The notes under the pieces were generated by a model that ran no database searches, had not been told where the DNA came from, and worked only from the letters and a program-made list of their open reading frames with translations. Made by a program: the position numbers and the translations under genes. This document shows, in pieces, positions 12,699 through 25,214 of a stretch of 64,000 bases of DNA; within the stretch, counting starts at the first letter, position 1; the number at the start of each line of letters is the position of its first letter. Location: the NCBI RefSeq assembly GCF_044704955.1, contig NC_091982.1, positions 103,788,001 through 103,852,000 of the forward strand. Direction: 5' to 3'. This DNA comes from Pristiophorus japonicus (taxonomy: Eukaryota).

Positions 12699-14801
12699 TG
12701 TAGTGTATGTAGGCACCCTTAGCAATGACTCCACAAGGCAGGGTATGATACTTAAACTGCATTTTTCATATCCTTATTGTCATGCCCAGGGGAGGCGATC
12801 AGTGGTGGGCTATGGGAGATTGTGGTGAGGGTTGTGTGGTTGCCAGGTGTGACCCCTGTGCTTGAGGCTGGCCTCGTACGTTTCCCCTCCCTCACACACA
12901 GACCATGTGGGTGTCACTGTTGTGGGATCCCTCGGGGGCATGGTGTGTATACACTGTGATGTGGGTAGTTGTGGGCAGGGCCACAAGACTGGGTGGGCTC
13001 CTTGTCCACCGTTGCTGTGGGGTGGTGGGCAGGGCCACAAGACAGGGTGGGCTCCTTGTCCACCAATTGGGATGAGGGTCAGGTCATCCCAGGGTTTGCC
13101 AGGGAAGCTGGAGGGTATTGACCTCATGCTCCTGGTGTTGGCCCTGGTGGCCAGGGGTTGTAGTGTGGTGCAGGTTGCCATTGGTGGTGGCTGGGCTGCC
13201 CATTGACCAATGTCCCTGTAGTGGGTGTGCTCCCTGTGTGTGTGTCCTGCAAGGGGCATCACATTTCCTATCATTATCGTTAAGCATAATAAACTTGTTC
13301 TTAACCTTACTGACACCTGCATTCATCTCATTAGTCACATTAGTTAAACCAGCATCACAATTCATGGTTACATTGCATACATTTTCATTCTTGCACCCTT
13401 TAATTGCATCTTTAGCTTTAAAGTCCGTGTACTCAAATAGTTGAAACTTCCCATTTAAATTTTTTGGGTTACCGGTCTCCTTTAAGGGAGCCTTCAAATT
13501 CAATTGGTCGTTCAGTGTCACGTGATGTTCCTCCAATGCTTCACGTGGTATGGACGTGGCCATTTTGATTTTAGGTTCTACTGTTTGTGGTGCGGCAGCC
13601 ATTTTCTGGTCTTGCTGCAGGTAGACTGTGGTGCTCTTTTTATCCACAGATTCGATCCTGGATGTTGGGAATCATTTTCTTTCGTCGATGTTCACCTCTT
13701 GGAGTCCTGCCTCGGCCCAGAAAGTGGAGTTTGGATCCTCGGTCCTGGAGATTTCACCATGGTGTTGTGGCGTCGTCGCTGCGCCGTCGAGCTGGACAGT
13801 GGAACCTCCGGATGCAGCGATGGATCCATGTTCAAGATCGATTGCCGGAGCCCGGAGGCCTGGGCGCAGCTTCGCTTGGACAGGATGCTGTTGTGGTCGT
13901 TTGGGGGGATTCATCCAAAGTTCTTCAAAGGTCGCTTGGCTCATCGCAGACCGGATCGCCCCTGTGTTGATCTCCACAGAAACTGGGACCTCGTCGATAT
14001 CTACTTTCATTGTTCACGGAGAACTTTCGGTAGTGCAGGTATGAGTTCCATACTCTTCTTCCAGGGGTTGAGCAACTTTACCTTCATCTGTGTCGGAGCC
14101 CCGGTGATCAGCCAACTCATCAGAGATGTGGTGAGTAAAGCTTTTTCTGCTCATCCTTTGAAGGTGCCTTTTCTCTTTGCATGCATAGTCTTTGTAGGGG
14201 CACTGGTGGGCCCTGTGGTTTCCTCCACAGCGCCAGCAAGGGGCTAGCCGGTTTGCCCCATGTGGCAGACTCAGGGTTGCAGGACTCTGGGCAGCGTTTC
14301 TGCCCTTAGAAGTATCAATGCGGTGCACTGCTCTCGTCGGTTTAGAGTCCCTTAGTGCTTCATTTAGGTGGTCGCCAAAGTCGCACGGTGCAGCTAGTCT
14401 CCTTAAGTATTCCAATCTTTCTACAAAAGCGTCCCAATCTTCCCCATCGGTAAATTGCTGAAAGATGCTGAGATTCGACATGTTGAGCGTGTGGTTCGTG
14501 ACCTCGTATTCCCGTCGCCAGTTGTAGTGTATGTAGGCACCGTTAGTAATGACTCCACGAGGCAGGGTATGATACTTAAACTATGTAGACCTGTAGTCCT
14601 TTATTTGCAGCTCCTGAGTGAGGACAACAAGCTGTGAGTTCCTTTTTATACTGGGTTACCTGCAGTGTGCAGGTAACCCTTAGGTCTCCAGCAGCAGCAC
14701 CCTCTGGTGTACAGGTAAGGTGTGTACAGTGTAAGGGTACATTCAGTGTTGCATAACAGTGTTACAGACATCACACAGTAAACAGGCGTGCATACACAAC
14801 A
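12699..14801 (-). mobile_element. Internally deleted Gypsy LTR element nested in the Harbinger
   Basis: 5-bp TSD CAGCC on both sides. 5' LTR 14523-14801 (TG...CA), PBS-like TGGCGACG next to it, gag start MSNLSIFQQFTDGEDWDAFVERLE, CCHC knuckle CWRCGGNHRAHQC, protease remnant VSVEINTGA. The 3' LTR is cut down to ~12699-12760. Confidence 0.88.
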
Positions 14802-15113
14802 CAGCCTTTCTTTGCTGCTGTTGTTATTATTGTTACTGTTGTAACTGTTCTCAAATTAAAAGTTTTTTGTAAATAATGTAAATTTACAAGTTTAAAAGTT
14901 TGTAAGTGATCTTAACTGAATAGTTTAACGTTTGATACAAAGAATATTTTTATTAAAGCTAAGTACAAACAAGTGTTAAAATTTTGAATAAAATATATTT
15001 TAAATTATAACTGAATCATTTACATTATTTGTTCCATTATTAACATAACACAACATTACGGAACAGGTTCAAACAGTAAACATGGTCCATTTTGAATAGT
15101 TGCCGCTGAGCCT

Positions 15114-16312
15114 TCAGGCAGAAAAGCGTTCACGGATGAGCTTCTGGAGCAAGGCTCGAGCAATCGTTAAAGGGGCATGACAGCCCGCCCTCCTCTGCCG
15201 TCGTGCTCCAGCTTCAGGTAGTTGCATGGCTTCCTCCTCCTCCTCGTCATCTGCATCTTCCTCCTCATCATCAGCCACTCTCACCTCAGGTGGGTCTTCT
15301 ACTACCAGCTGCTGTTGCCTCATGATGGCTAACTTGTGCAGCATGCAGCAGACAACAGTGAACTGACCGACAATCTCAGGGGAGTATTGCAAGTAGCCTC
15401 CGGAATGGTCCAGGCATCGGAAACGCTGCTTCAAGATGCCAATGGTCCCCTCTATTATGCTGCTCATCGCAATATGTGACAGCTTGTATTCCTGCTCAGT
15501 TTCTGTCCGGGTTACGCGTTAGGTTGTCATGAGCCAGGTGTCGAGGACGTATCCTTTGTCCCCCAGCAGCCAGCTCTGCCTTCTGGCTGCTGCTGAAACA
15601 TGGCAGATATAGCGCTCTCACATAGGATGAAAGCATCATGGGTGCTCCCAGGGTATCTCGCATCAACTGCCATGATGCGATGCATGTCGTCACACACGAG
15701 CTACATGTTCATGGAATGGAAGCCTTTTCTGTTCCTGTACATCTCGGAATCCTCCAAAGATGCTCGCAAGGTGATGTGGGTACAATTAATGCAGCCCTCT
15801 ACCTTGGGGAAACCAGCAATCCTGGAGAAGCCCACAGCCCTGTCACGCATTGCTTGGGCGGTCATGGGGAACTTTATGTAGTCATTCCTCTGGGCATATA
15901 GTGCAGCAGTCACCTGTCGAATGCAGATATGTGTTGCATGTTGAGAAATGGTGCACACATCCCCAGTTGAGGCCTGGAATGATCCAGATGCATAAAATGA
16001 AAGTGCAGCTGTAGCCTTTACTTCAACTGACAAAGCAGTCCTCACGCTTCTGGGGTGCAGGTCAGCTTTTATTAACTCACAGATCTCGGTTACAACTTCT
16101 TTGTGGAAACGCAGCCTTCTCACACAGTCTTCCTCACTCAGGTGCAGGTATGAACGCATGTCTCGATATACCCGACGTGAGTAAGGCCCCCTGCCCATCA
16201 TCCTACGTGCTCTGAGATTCCTGAGGTGATGCTGTCTAATCAATCTTCTCCTCCGCAGCACCATCATGCAGAAGGCTTGCACGAGGTATAGCATTGTCAA
16301 TATTATCCTCAT
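15114..16312 (-). pseudogene. Harbinger (HARBI1-like, DDE_Tnp_4) transposase, frameshifted
   Basis: RRLRF, ALSFYASGSFQ, GFPKVEGCINCTH (catalytic D replaced by N), YRNRKGFHS, WLLGDKGY, IIEGTIGILKQRFRCLD, CCMLHKLA; split over ORFs 15701..16360 and 15114..15467. Confidence 0.92.
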
Positions 16313-18434
16313 AATTAAATTGTAGCTTTGCAACAACCTCAAAACTGCAGGACAAAGCACTCACACCTCTTCTTCCCCCTCTCTCCAAGGTGGATGCCTT
16401 AGTATGGGCCACATCCTGGTCTGCGCATGCGCAATAGGTTTGCTTACAACGGGAAGCTAGGCATTCAATGAAGACATTTGGAGCAACAAAGTGTAATGCA
16501 ATTCTTGAATTTTTTCAAAGTACCACCCCACCACCAAACTTCTCCTCACCAGGCTCGAGGGTCGGAGCGTCAGCTGGCAGAATCGCTCACTCGCCCGGAC
16601 ACTGGGGCTCAGGGCTCAGCTTCCACCACACACCCCTCCCCCCGGGTTTTTTTTGAAGCTGAGCCCCTGTGTCCGGGCGAGGGAGCGATTCTGCCGGGTG
16701 ACGCTCTGGCCCTCCAGCCCGGTAAGGAGAGGTTTGATGATGGGGGTGGTATTTTGAAAAACATCAAAAATTCAACAATTGCATTACTCATCCAATTTCT
16801 CCCTTTTGACTTTGAATGATGCATATTTTCTGCCTTCTTCACTCCCTCCAAAACTTTGGCTAAAAACAATGGCATCTTTCTGCGCCAATTTTGTAATGTG
16901 CGCTGATTTTTGTTAAGTGCCCAGAAGGTTTTTTGGGAGTGGTCACATACGCTGTAACTTTGGGGAAACTTGGAGATTTTAATTTACTCCAAAAAAAGCG
17001 CAAATAATTGAGGAAAATTGAGCCCAAGGTGTGGAGCTGTTAAAGCTGGAACGACGCGTTCCTTGTTGGATTGAAACAATATTTTTACGCAGTGCAGAGC
17101 TGGATTGTAACAGCAAACTATTTTCCATCTTTTCAAGGAGGTAGGTGTCTGCCAGAAAAGTGGCTCCAGGTGTAACAAGCCGCGGAGTGGCCAAGATTTT
17201 CTTCTTTGGGGCTCACTAGCCTGCAATATTCCTGTTATTAAAATGAATGGGGGGAAATCTTAGGAATTTGAGGAAAACTCCACAGCCAGTTTATTGGTGA
17301 TTGGCTCAGGTCCTTGGTTCAGAATGGTAGTGGGGGAAGGTTATGCTGATCCCTCCCTTGCAATTGGAAAGACCTCCCCCCTCTCTTCATTGTGGGGTTT
17401 TAAGGGGGAAATCTTCCTTTTTTTATGTAACACAAGCAAGTTTTGCGTTGACCCAGGCAGCAGGAGAGTTATATTCTTGCCTTGACCTGGACCGTAGTTG
17501 TAAGGATTAAACTATCCGTGTTGTTATCAATAAAGTTTGTTCAGGCAATTAAATAAAATCGACATCTAACTGCTGCTGTTTGCTTTGCACCAACCTTGGT
17601 GAAGCTGGTCCTAACCGTATCCCAAATAGACTTTCTCACCTTACAGTAGTGTATCAACAATGTTCAATTTTAGGGAATGTGCTCGGTGCAGCCTGTTTAC
17701 GTCTGCTGGATGTTCACATTAAAAATGATACAAACTCTGATCAGCTAGCTCAACTGTTTTATTGACACGCTTCCAACTCCTCCTGTGACATGCTGATCCT
17801 GGCCTCTGGGATGCGTCTTCAGTAATGTGATCATCATCTTTCCAGGTTCAGTGACAGTCTTCTGTCTCCCTGCGTACAGTTTTACCATTAAACTGTCACA
17901 AGAATGGAGCACCACTCCAACCTATAGTAGATAATAAGTCTATCAGTCCTATTTACAGATTCCTTTTGATATCGAAGGCAAGAACCTTTCTTTTTAGAAC
18001 CTTAGGTTACGAAAATTTAAATATTACTTCAGGCAATCTAACCCATCAATTGTTCCCACTAACAGTGGAGTTTTCACTAAATCTGCATGAAGATATCAGT
18101 CCAAATGACTTGCTCTGGAGACTCGAAAGACTAGACACTTCCTTCCTGGGGCGCTAATGGGACGGACACCTCAGCACCGTTGCCGCGTCCGAGGGGCCCT
18201 TCCCTCACTTAAAGGGAAGGGCCTACACTGCCAACTCTGCAGAAGAAAAAGAGACCTATCTGGACCACCAGGGAGCGGGGGTGCCATGCGATCAGCCCGA
18301 CACTGAAGCAGAGTGCCGGGCTGAGCGATCTCGGCCAGGATCCTGTGGAGAAACCAGATCAGCATTGGGAAAACAAAGCCTCAGGATCTACATCGGAATA
18401 TTGCATTCAAGGAGCAGCAGGAGATCGTCGCGAG

Positions 18435-18793
18435 GTGCGGCAAGTGTTTTTGTGGCGGAGGAGCGGCGAATGAGGGTACGGGGCCCAGAAGAGCCGAGAG
18501 CCCAGGGACAGCACGGGCCTACCCACACTGCAATATGTGTGCGCACTAGGTCTGTGCAGCAGAGCAGGTCTCCAGTCGTCCTGGTTAACTCTTGCCACTG
18601 GATAAAGGCCTAGCTCTGTCAAGCCCGTGTGGTGGCTGATGTGCAACGGTCACCACACATTTAAAAAATCCACATACCGGCATCTTCTACCCCTTCAATT
18701 GGAGTTCAGGACTGGAACATCAGGTCCTTCATTTAAACATCTGTGAACTCATGGAAGCAAGTCATCCTCATTCAAGGGACTGCCTATAATGAT
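18435..18793 (+). mobile_element. Short non-autonomous retroelement with RTE-like 3' tail
   Basis: A second copy lies inverted at ~27926-28290. The tail tggaagcaagtcatcctc resembles the RTE 3' end at ~26575-26610. Confidence 0.65.
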
Positions 18794-21700
18794 TTAAATC
18801 AAATTCATGTCAAATAGTGGGGCTGGGGGGGGGGGGGGGGGGGGGTGGGTTCAGGTGAACCGAAATGTAAAAAGTCAAAGAGAAAGGAGAAAGCAATAGA
18901 GCAGGGTAGCGATGGAGGAAATGATAACCAGAGTGTGACAGGAAGGGACAGAATGTATAAACATAAGAGTGTATCAGAAAGTGGGATCAAAGCAGGGAAA
19001 AATGGTAAAAAGACAAAATTAAAAGCCCTTTATCTGAATACACGTAGCATTCATAACAAGATAGATGAGTTGACGGCACAAATCGATACAAATGGGTATG
19101 ATCTGATAGTCATTACAGAGATGTGGTTGCAAGGTGACCAAGGCTGGGAATATTCAGGGGTATTTGACAATTCGGAAGGATAGACAGAAAGGAAAAGGAG
19201 GTGGGGTAGCTCTGTTAATAAGGGATAAGATCAGTGTGTTAGTGAGAAACGATATTGGCTCAGAAGATCAAGATGTAGAATCAGTTGGGTGGAGATAAGA
19301 AATAATAAGGGGAAGAAGTCACTGGTGGGCGTAATCTATAGGCCCCCTAACAGAAGCAACTCTGTTGGCCGGAATATAAACCAGGAAATAGTGGGAGTAA
19401 AAAGGGAACAGCAATAATCATGGGTGATTTTAATCTCCATATTGATTGGACAAATCAAATTGGCCAAGGTAACCTTGAGGAAGAGTTCATACATTGTATC
19501 CGGGATGGTTTCCTTGAACAGTGCGTTGTGGAACCAACCAGGATTAATAAATGACCTCATAGTAAAGGATCCTCTAGGAACGAGTGATCATAGCATGGTT
19601 GAATTTCAAATTCAGTTGGAGGGTGAGAAAGGTGGGTCTCAAACCAGTGACTTGATCTGAAATAAAGGCGATTACAAAGGTATGAAGGTAGAGTTGGCTA
19701 AAGTGGACTGTTGATGAGCAGTGGCAGGCATCTAACTCTCAACAAAAATATATCCCAGTGAGAAAGAAAGATATGAGAAGGGAGAACTATCCATGGCTAA
19801 CTAAGGAAATAAAATATGGTATCAAATTAAAAACAATGGCATACAATGTTGCCAAGATTAGTGGGAGGCTAGAGGATTGGGAAATTTTTTAAAACCAACA
19901 AAGGACAACTAAAAAAAAAGATGGATTATGAGAATAAACTAGCAAGAAATATAAAAATAGAAAGTAAGAGTTTCTACAGGTATATAAAAAGGAAGAGAGT
20001 AGCTAAAGCAAACATTGGTCCCTTAGAGGGTGAGACTGGGAAATTAATAATGGGGAACGGAAATGGCAGAGACTTTGAACAAATATTTTGCATTGGTCTT
20101 CACGGTAGAAGACACTAAAAACATCCCAATGATAGATTATCAAGGGAGGGGGGAACTTAAAACAATCACTATCACTAAAGAAAAGGTACACGGTAAAATA
20201 GTGAGAATATGGGCTCAATTTTCCCCAAGCCCGTTTTCTAGTGTATTGCCAGAGTTATGCCCGTTTTTCTAGGCCAGAAATGCGCCGGAAATAATTTGAC
20301 AAAGTTTCCCCGATGTATAATTTGAATTTGGCACCGTGCAGCGTGTTCAGTCACCTCGGGGAGCCTGCTGTCTGCACTGAAAAAAGACGCTGCACTTTCT
20401 GCGCATGCGCAGAAAAAAAAAGTTATGTTTTTGACGTCGTTGCAATGGACGCGCATGCGTAGTACAGCTCCGAGTTAACAATCAACCACTTTTAAAGAGC
20501 CAGTTGTGTGTGAGAGAACGTTGAGTGCTATGTGAGAGCATTGGAAATCTCATTGTGAGGAGGCTCATGACGACCCTACGCGTAACCCAGACGGAAACTT
20601 ACCGTGAATACAACATGTCACACATTGCGACGCGCAGCATCATCGAGAGGACCATTGGCATCTTGAAACAGCGTTTCCAATGCCTGGACCATTCCAGAGG
20701 CTACCTGCTGTACTCCCCTGAGATTGTCAGGTCTTTGCAGGTGACACTAAACTGGTTGGCGGTATAATCTCTGAGGAGAACGCAAAGAGGCTGCAGGGTG
20801 ACTTGGACAGGTTAGGTGAGTGGGCAAATGCATGGCAGATGCAATATAATGTGGATAAATGTGAGGTTATCCAGTTTGGGGGCAAAAACACGAAGGCAGA
20901 ATATTATCTGAATGGCGGCAGATTAGGAATAGGGGAGGTGCAACAAGACCTGGGTGTCATGGTACATCAGTCATTGAAAGTTGGCATGCAGGTACAGCAG
21001 GCGGTGAAGAAGGCAAATGGTATGTTGGCCTTCATAGCTAGGGGTTTTGAGTATAGGAGCAGCTAGGTCTTACTGCAGTTGTATGGGGCCTTGGTGAGGC
21101 CTCACCTGGAATATTGTTTTCAGTTTTGGTCTCCTAATCTGAGGAAGGACGTTCTTGCTATTGAGGGAGTGCAGCGAAGGTTCACCATACTGATTCCCGG
21201 GCTATCATATGAGGAAAGACTGGATCGACTGAGCCTTTATTCACTGGAGTTTAGAAGGATGAGAGGGGATCTCGTAGAAACATAACATTCTGACGGGACT
21301 GGAAAGGTTAGATACAGGAAGAATGTTCCCGATGTTGGAGAAGTCCAGAACCAGGGGACACAGTCTAAGGATAAGGGGTAAGCCATTTAGGACTGAGATG
21401 AGGAGAAACTTCTTCACTCAGAGAGTTGTTAACCTGTGGAATTCCCTACTGCAGAGAGTTGTTGATGCCAGTTCGTTGGATATATTCAAGAGGGAGTTAG
21501 ATGTGGCCCTTACGGCTAAAGGGATCAAGGGGTATGGAGAGAAAGCAGGAAAGGGGTACTGAGGTGAATGATCAGCCATGATCTTATTGAATAGTGGTGC
21601 AGGGCCGAACGGCCTACTCCTGCACCTATTTTCTATGTTTCTATGTTAAAAGAAGTGGCTGCAGAGATAGTGGATGTATTAGTTGCAATCTACCAAAATT

Positions 21701-23155
21701 CCCTGGATTCTGGAGAGATCCCAGCGGATTGGAAAACCGCAAATGTAATGCCCCTATTTAAAAAAAGGAGGGAGACAGAAAGCAGGAAACTATAGACAAA
21801 TTAGCCTAACATCTGTTGGGAAAATGCTGGAGTCCATTATTAAGGAAGCAGTAGCAGGACATTTGGAAAAGCAGAGTCAGCATGGTTTTATGAAAGGGAA
21901 ATCATGTTTGACAACTTTGCTGGAGTTTTTGGAGGATGTAACGAGCAGAGTGGATAAGGGGGAACCAGTGGATGTGGTGTATTTGGATTTCTAGAAGGCA
22001 TTCAATAAGGTGCCACATAAAAGATTACTGCATAAGATGAAAGTTCACAGGATTGGGGTAATATATTAGCATGGATAGAGGATTGACTAACAGAAAATAG
22101 AGTTGGGATAAATGGGTAATTTTCCAGTTGGCAAACGGTAACTAGTGGGGTGCCACAGGGATCGGTGTAGAGGCCTCAACTATTTGCAATCTATATTAAT
22201 GATTTGGATGAAGGGACCGATTGTAATGTAGTCAAGTTTGCTGATGATACAAAGATGGGTGGGAAAGCAAGTTGTGAGGAGGACACAAAGAATCTGCAAA
22301 GGGATATAGACAAGCTGAGTGAGTGGGCAAAAATGTGACAGATGGAATATAATGTGGGAAAGTGAGATTATCCACTGGCAGGAAAAATAAAAAAACAAAT
22401 TATTATTTAAATGGAGAGAAATTACAAAATGCTGCAGTACCGAGGGACCTGGGGGCCCTAGTGCATGAAACACAAAAAGTTAGTATGCAGGTACACCAAT
22501 TAATCAGGAAGGCAAACAGAAAGTTGGCCTTTATTGCAAGGGGGATGGAGTATAAAAGCAGAGAAGTCCTGCTACAACTATATAGGATATTGGTGAGACC
22601 ACACCTAGAGTATTGTGCACAGTTTTGGTCTCCTTATTTAAGGAGATTTACACTTGCATTGGAGGCAGTTCAGAGAAGGTTCACTAAGTTGATTCCTGAG
22701 ATGAAGGGGTTGACTTATGAAGAAAGGTTGAGCAGGTTGGACCTATACTCATTGGAGTTTAGAAGAATAAGAGATGATCTTATTGATACATGTAAGATAC
22801 TGAGGGGGCTGGACAAGGCAGATGCAGAGAGGATGTTTCCACTCGTGGGGGAATCTAGAACTAGGGAGCATAGTTTAAGAACCGAGATGAGGAGGAATTT
22901 ATTCTCAGAGGGTCGTAAATTTGTAGAATCCTCTGCCCCAGAGAGCTGTGGAGACTGGGTCATTGAATATATTTAAGGTGGAGACAGACAGATTTTTGAG
23001 CGATAAGGGAGTAAAGGTTATGGGGAGCAGGCAGGGAAGTGGAGCTGCCCCCAAGATCAGATCAGCCATAATCTTATTCAATGGCGGAGCAGGCTCGGGG
23101 GGGGGGGGGGGGGGGTCAATGGCCTACTCCTGCTCCTATTTCTTATGTTCTTATA
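18794..23155 (+). mobile_element. Decayed CR1 (APE through 3' tail) interrupted by a Harbinger derivative and a second CR1 3' piece (~20740-21645)
   Basis: LKALYLNTRSIHNKIDEL, ITEMW and SDH motifs; RT resumes at ~21646; tail ttcttatgttcttat at ~23150. Confidence 0.88.
20211..20730. mobile_element. Rearranged fragment of the same Harbinger family
   Basis: Starts with TIR GGGCTCAATTTTCCCCAA and follows 10710-11010, then plus-strand transposase piece EYNMSHIATRSIIERTIGILKQRFQCLDHS. Confidence 0.8.
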
Positions 23156-24394
23156 TCAGTATGTTGCATGTTATTGCTAAAAGTTTGAGCTCCTAAACTT
23201 AGGAATCCCAGCTGTCCCCTAAAGGCCAACAAAGCATACATGTGAACCATTACATGTTATGGCATTTTTACAGATAGCAGTTCACCCAAAGTTTGGGTAG
23301 TGCTTTAAAGCATGGGGTATCATGCAGCGGTTCTTGAGTCCTAGGAAGTCCGGCAGGGGAGGAGATGTTGAGGATCACAATCAATGTTCCATAAGGTACC
23401 CGGCTGCGCAGCAATCGCGAGGTCCCGTGCAGGCCGCTCACCAGCTGTTGCCATTGGAAGAGATACCGTACAAAAAATTTAAAGGGACTATGCACAAAAA
23501 AAAATCAGAGGGAATATTTTCCACAATGGCCCTGAAATTGCAGTCGGAGGCTTCCCGCGGGGCAATGCCTCCGATCCGCAAATAGAATGCCCGCGTACCT
23601 GGTGGTCCTGGAGGTTCGGAGATTCACAGCGCTGCCTCAGCACTGCACTGGGGTGTCGGCCTAGATATTTTTGTGCTCAAGTCCCTAGAGTGGGACTTGA
23701 ACCTACAATCTTCTGACTTAGAGAAGCGTGCTGCCCACTGAGCCACAGCTGACTGACTGGAGGGTTATGCTGATAAGAGTTAGATGAGTAAGGATGGGAG
23801 GAGGCTCGAATGGAGCATAAACGCCGGCATGGACTGGTTGGGCTGAGTGGCCTGTTTCTGTGCTGTATATTCTATGTATTTCTAAGTAATATTGTACTAT
23901 TGAGTTATGCACTTATAGTGGATGCCCATTGGACACTGCTACAGGTGTACTTTTGGCAGGGCTACACGCCATAAATGGGCACAATCGGGATATAACCGCC
24001 TAGAAATATGGGCATATCATGTGCTTTCCCAGTGGTAGTTGTGCTAACACTGGAATCCCCTGTTGAAAAATGGCTAGAGTTTCATTTCAATATTATAATA
24101 AATTGGATATGACACCACTTCGTTATGACTCAGCTGTGATATCAGCAATATTATACAATGGGGTCAATGTGACATAAGGCCATCGTACTAATGGGATGTT
24201 GCTTCAATGTTATAATGGATTGACTACGCCATTTCAGTATTCCAATGGGTCAAGTATGACGACATTCAATGTTCATTCTACTTCTCATTGGGAATATGCA
24301 AGTCCACCCCCCTCGTAATTTCATCCATATAAAATCAGCTGCGCTAGGCTTCACCTTTGAGCAGAATGTTTTCAGATTTCATGTTTCCACCCCT

Positions 24395-25212
24395 GTCACA
24401 GGACTGAAATGACCCTAATCAAAATTACAAATGACATCCTCTGCCACTGTTGTGACTGTGGTGCACTATTCCTCCTCAACCTCAGTGGAGCCTTTGACAT
24501 GGTCGACCATAACATCCTCCTCCAATGCCTCCTCGGTTAGCCAGCTCATTGGTACGGCCCTTGTTTGTTTGTACTCTTGTCAAATCGTAGCCAGAGCATC
24601 TCCAGCAGCAGCTTCGCTTGCTGCCCAACAGTATTGCCTCTACAATTCCTCCAAGGATCTATCCTCGGCCTCCTCCAGTTTTCTAATCTACACTTTACCC
24701 CTTGTCGACATCAACTGAAGACATGGAGTCAGCTTCTACATCTACCTCTTTCAACCCCTTCACTGGCTCGGTGTTGTCAGTTTGCTTGTCCGACATTAAG
24801 TCTTGAATGACCCACAATTTTCATTGAGAAGATCAAAGTCATCCCTGTCACAAACTCCATTCCCTCGCCACCATTTCCATCCCCCATCCTGGCCACTGAT
24901 TGAACCAGACTGTTCGCAACACTGGCATCATATTCGGCCCCGAGATAAGATTCCAACATCATCCACCTCGATCCCTGCCTCAACCAATCTGCTCTGGGTC
25001 CTATGCTCTGGAATTCAGTCTCTAAAATGTTCCATCTCTGCAACCCCTTTCTCCTTTAAGACACTGCCTAAAATTGACCTCTTTGACAAAGCTTTTAGTC
25101 ACCTTTCCCAATATCTCCTCCTCTGGCTCGGTTTCTGTTTTTGTCGAATTATGCCTCTGTGAAGCATTTTGGGACATTTTTCTAAGTTAAAAGACACAAT
25201 ACAAGTTGTTGA
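24395..25212 (+). mobile_element. Old L2-like LINE fragment
   Basis: Degenerate RT motifs ([13 protein letters not shown], AFDMVDH, QGSILG) and 3' tail tgtgaagc...gggacatttt...aagttgttg shared with the SINE tails. Confidence 0.65.
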
Positions 25213-25214
25213 CA

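Larger units (their letters stand above)
10710..17025. mobile_element. Full-length decayed PIF/Harbinger DNA transposon (Myb/SANT gene + transposase, convergent)
   Basis: Imperfect TIR GGATTCAATTTTCCCCAA versus GGGCTCAATTTTCCTCAA, TSD AAG at 10707-10709 and 17026-17028; the two-gene layout typical of Harbinger. Confidence 0.88.

Noticed and set aside
13504-14247. 247-aa plus-strand ORF and overlapping ORFs
   Set aside because: Antisense to the Gypsy gag/protease remnant with no recognisable domain.
15114-16360. Domesticated HARBI1 host gene
   Set aside because: Frameshifted, first catalytic Asp mutated, and enclosed by TIRs and a TSD, so it is a transposon copy.
23690-23755. tRNA-like sequence (also ~32150-32190 and ~62030-62095)
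   Set aside because: These are SINE heads with decayed A/B boxes, attached to SINE bodies, with no complete cloverleaf.
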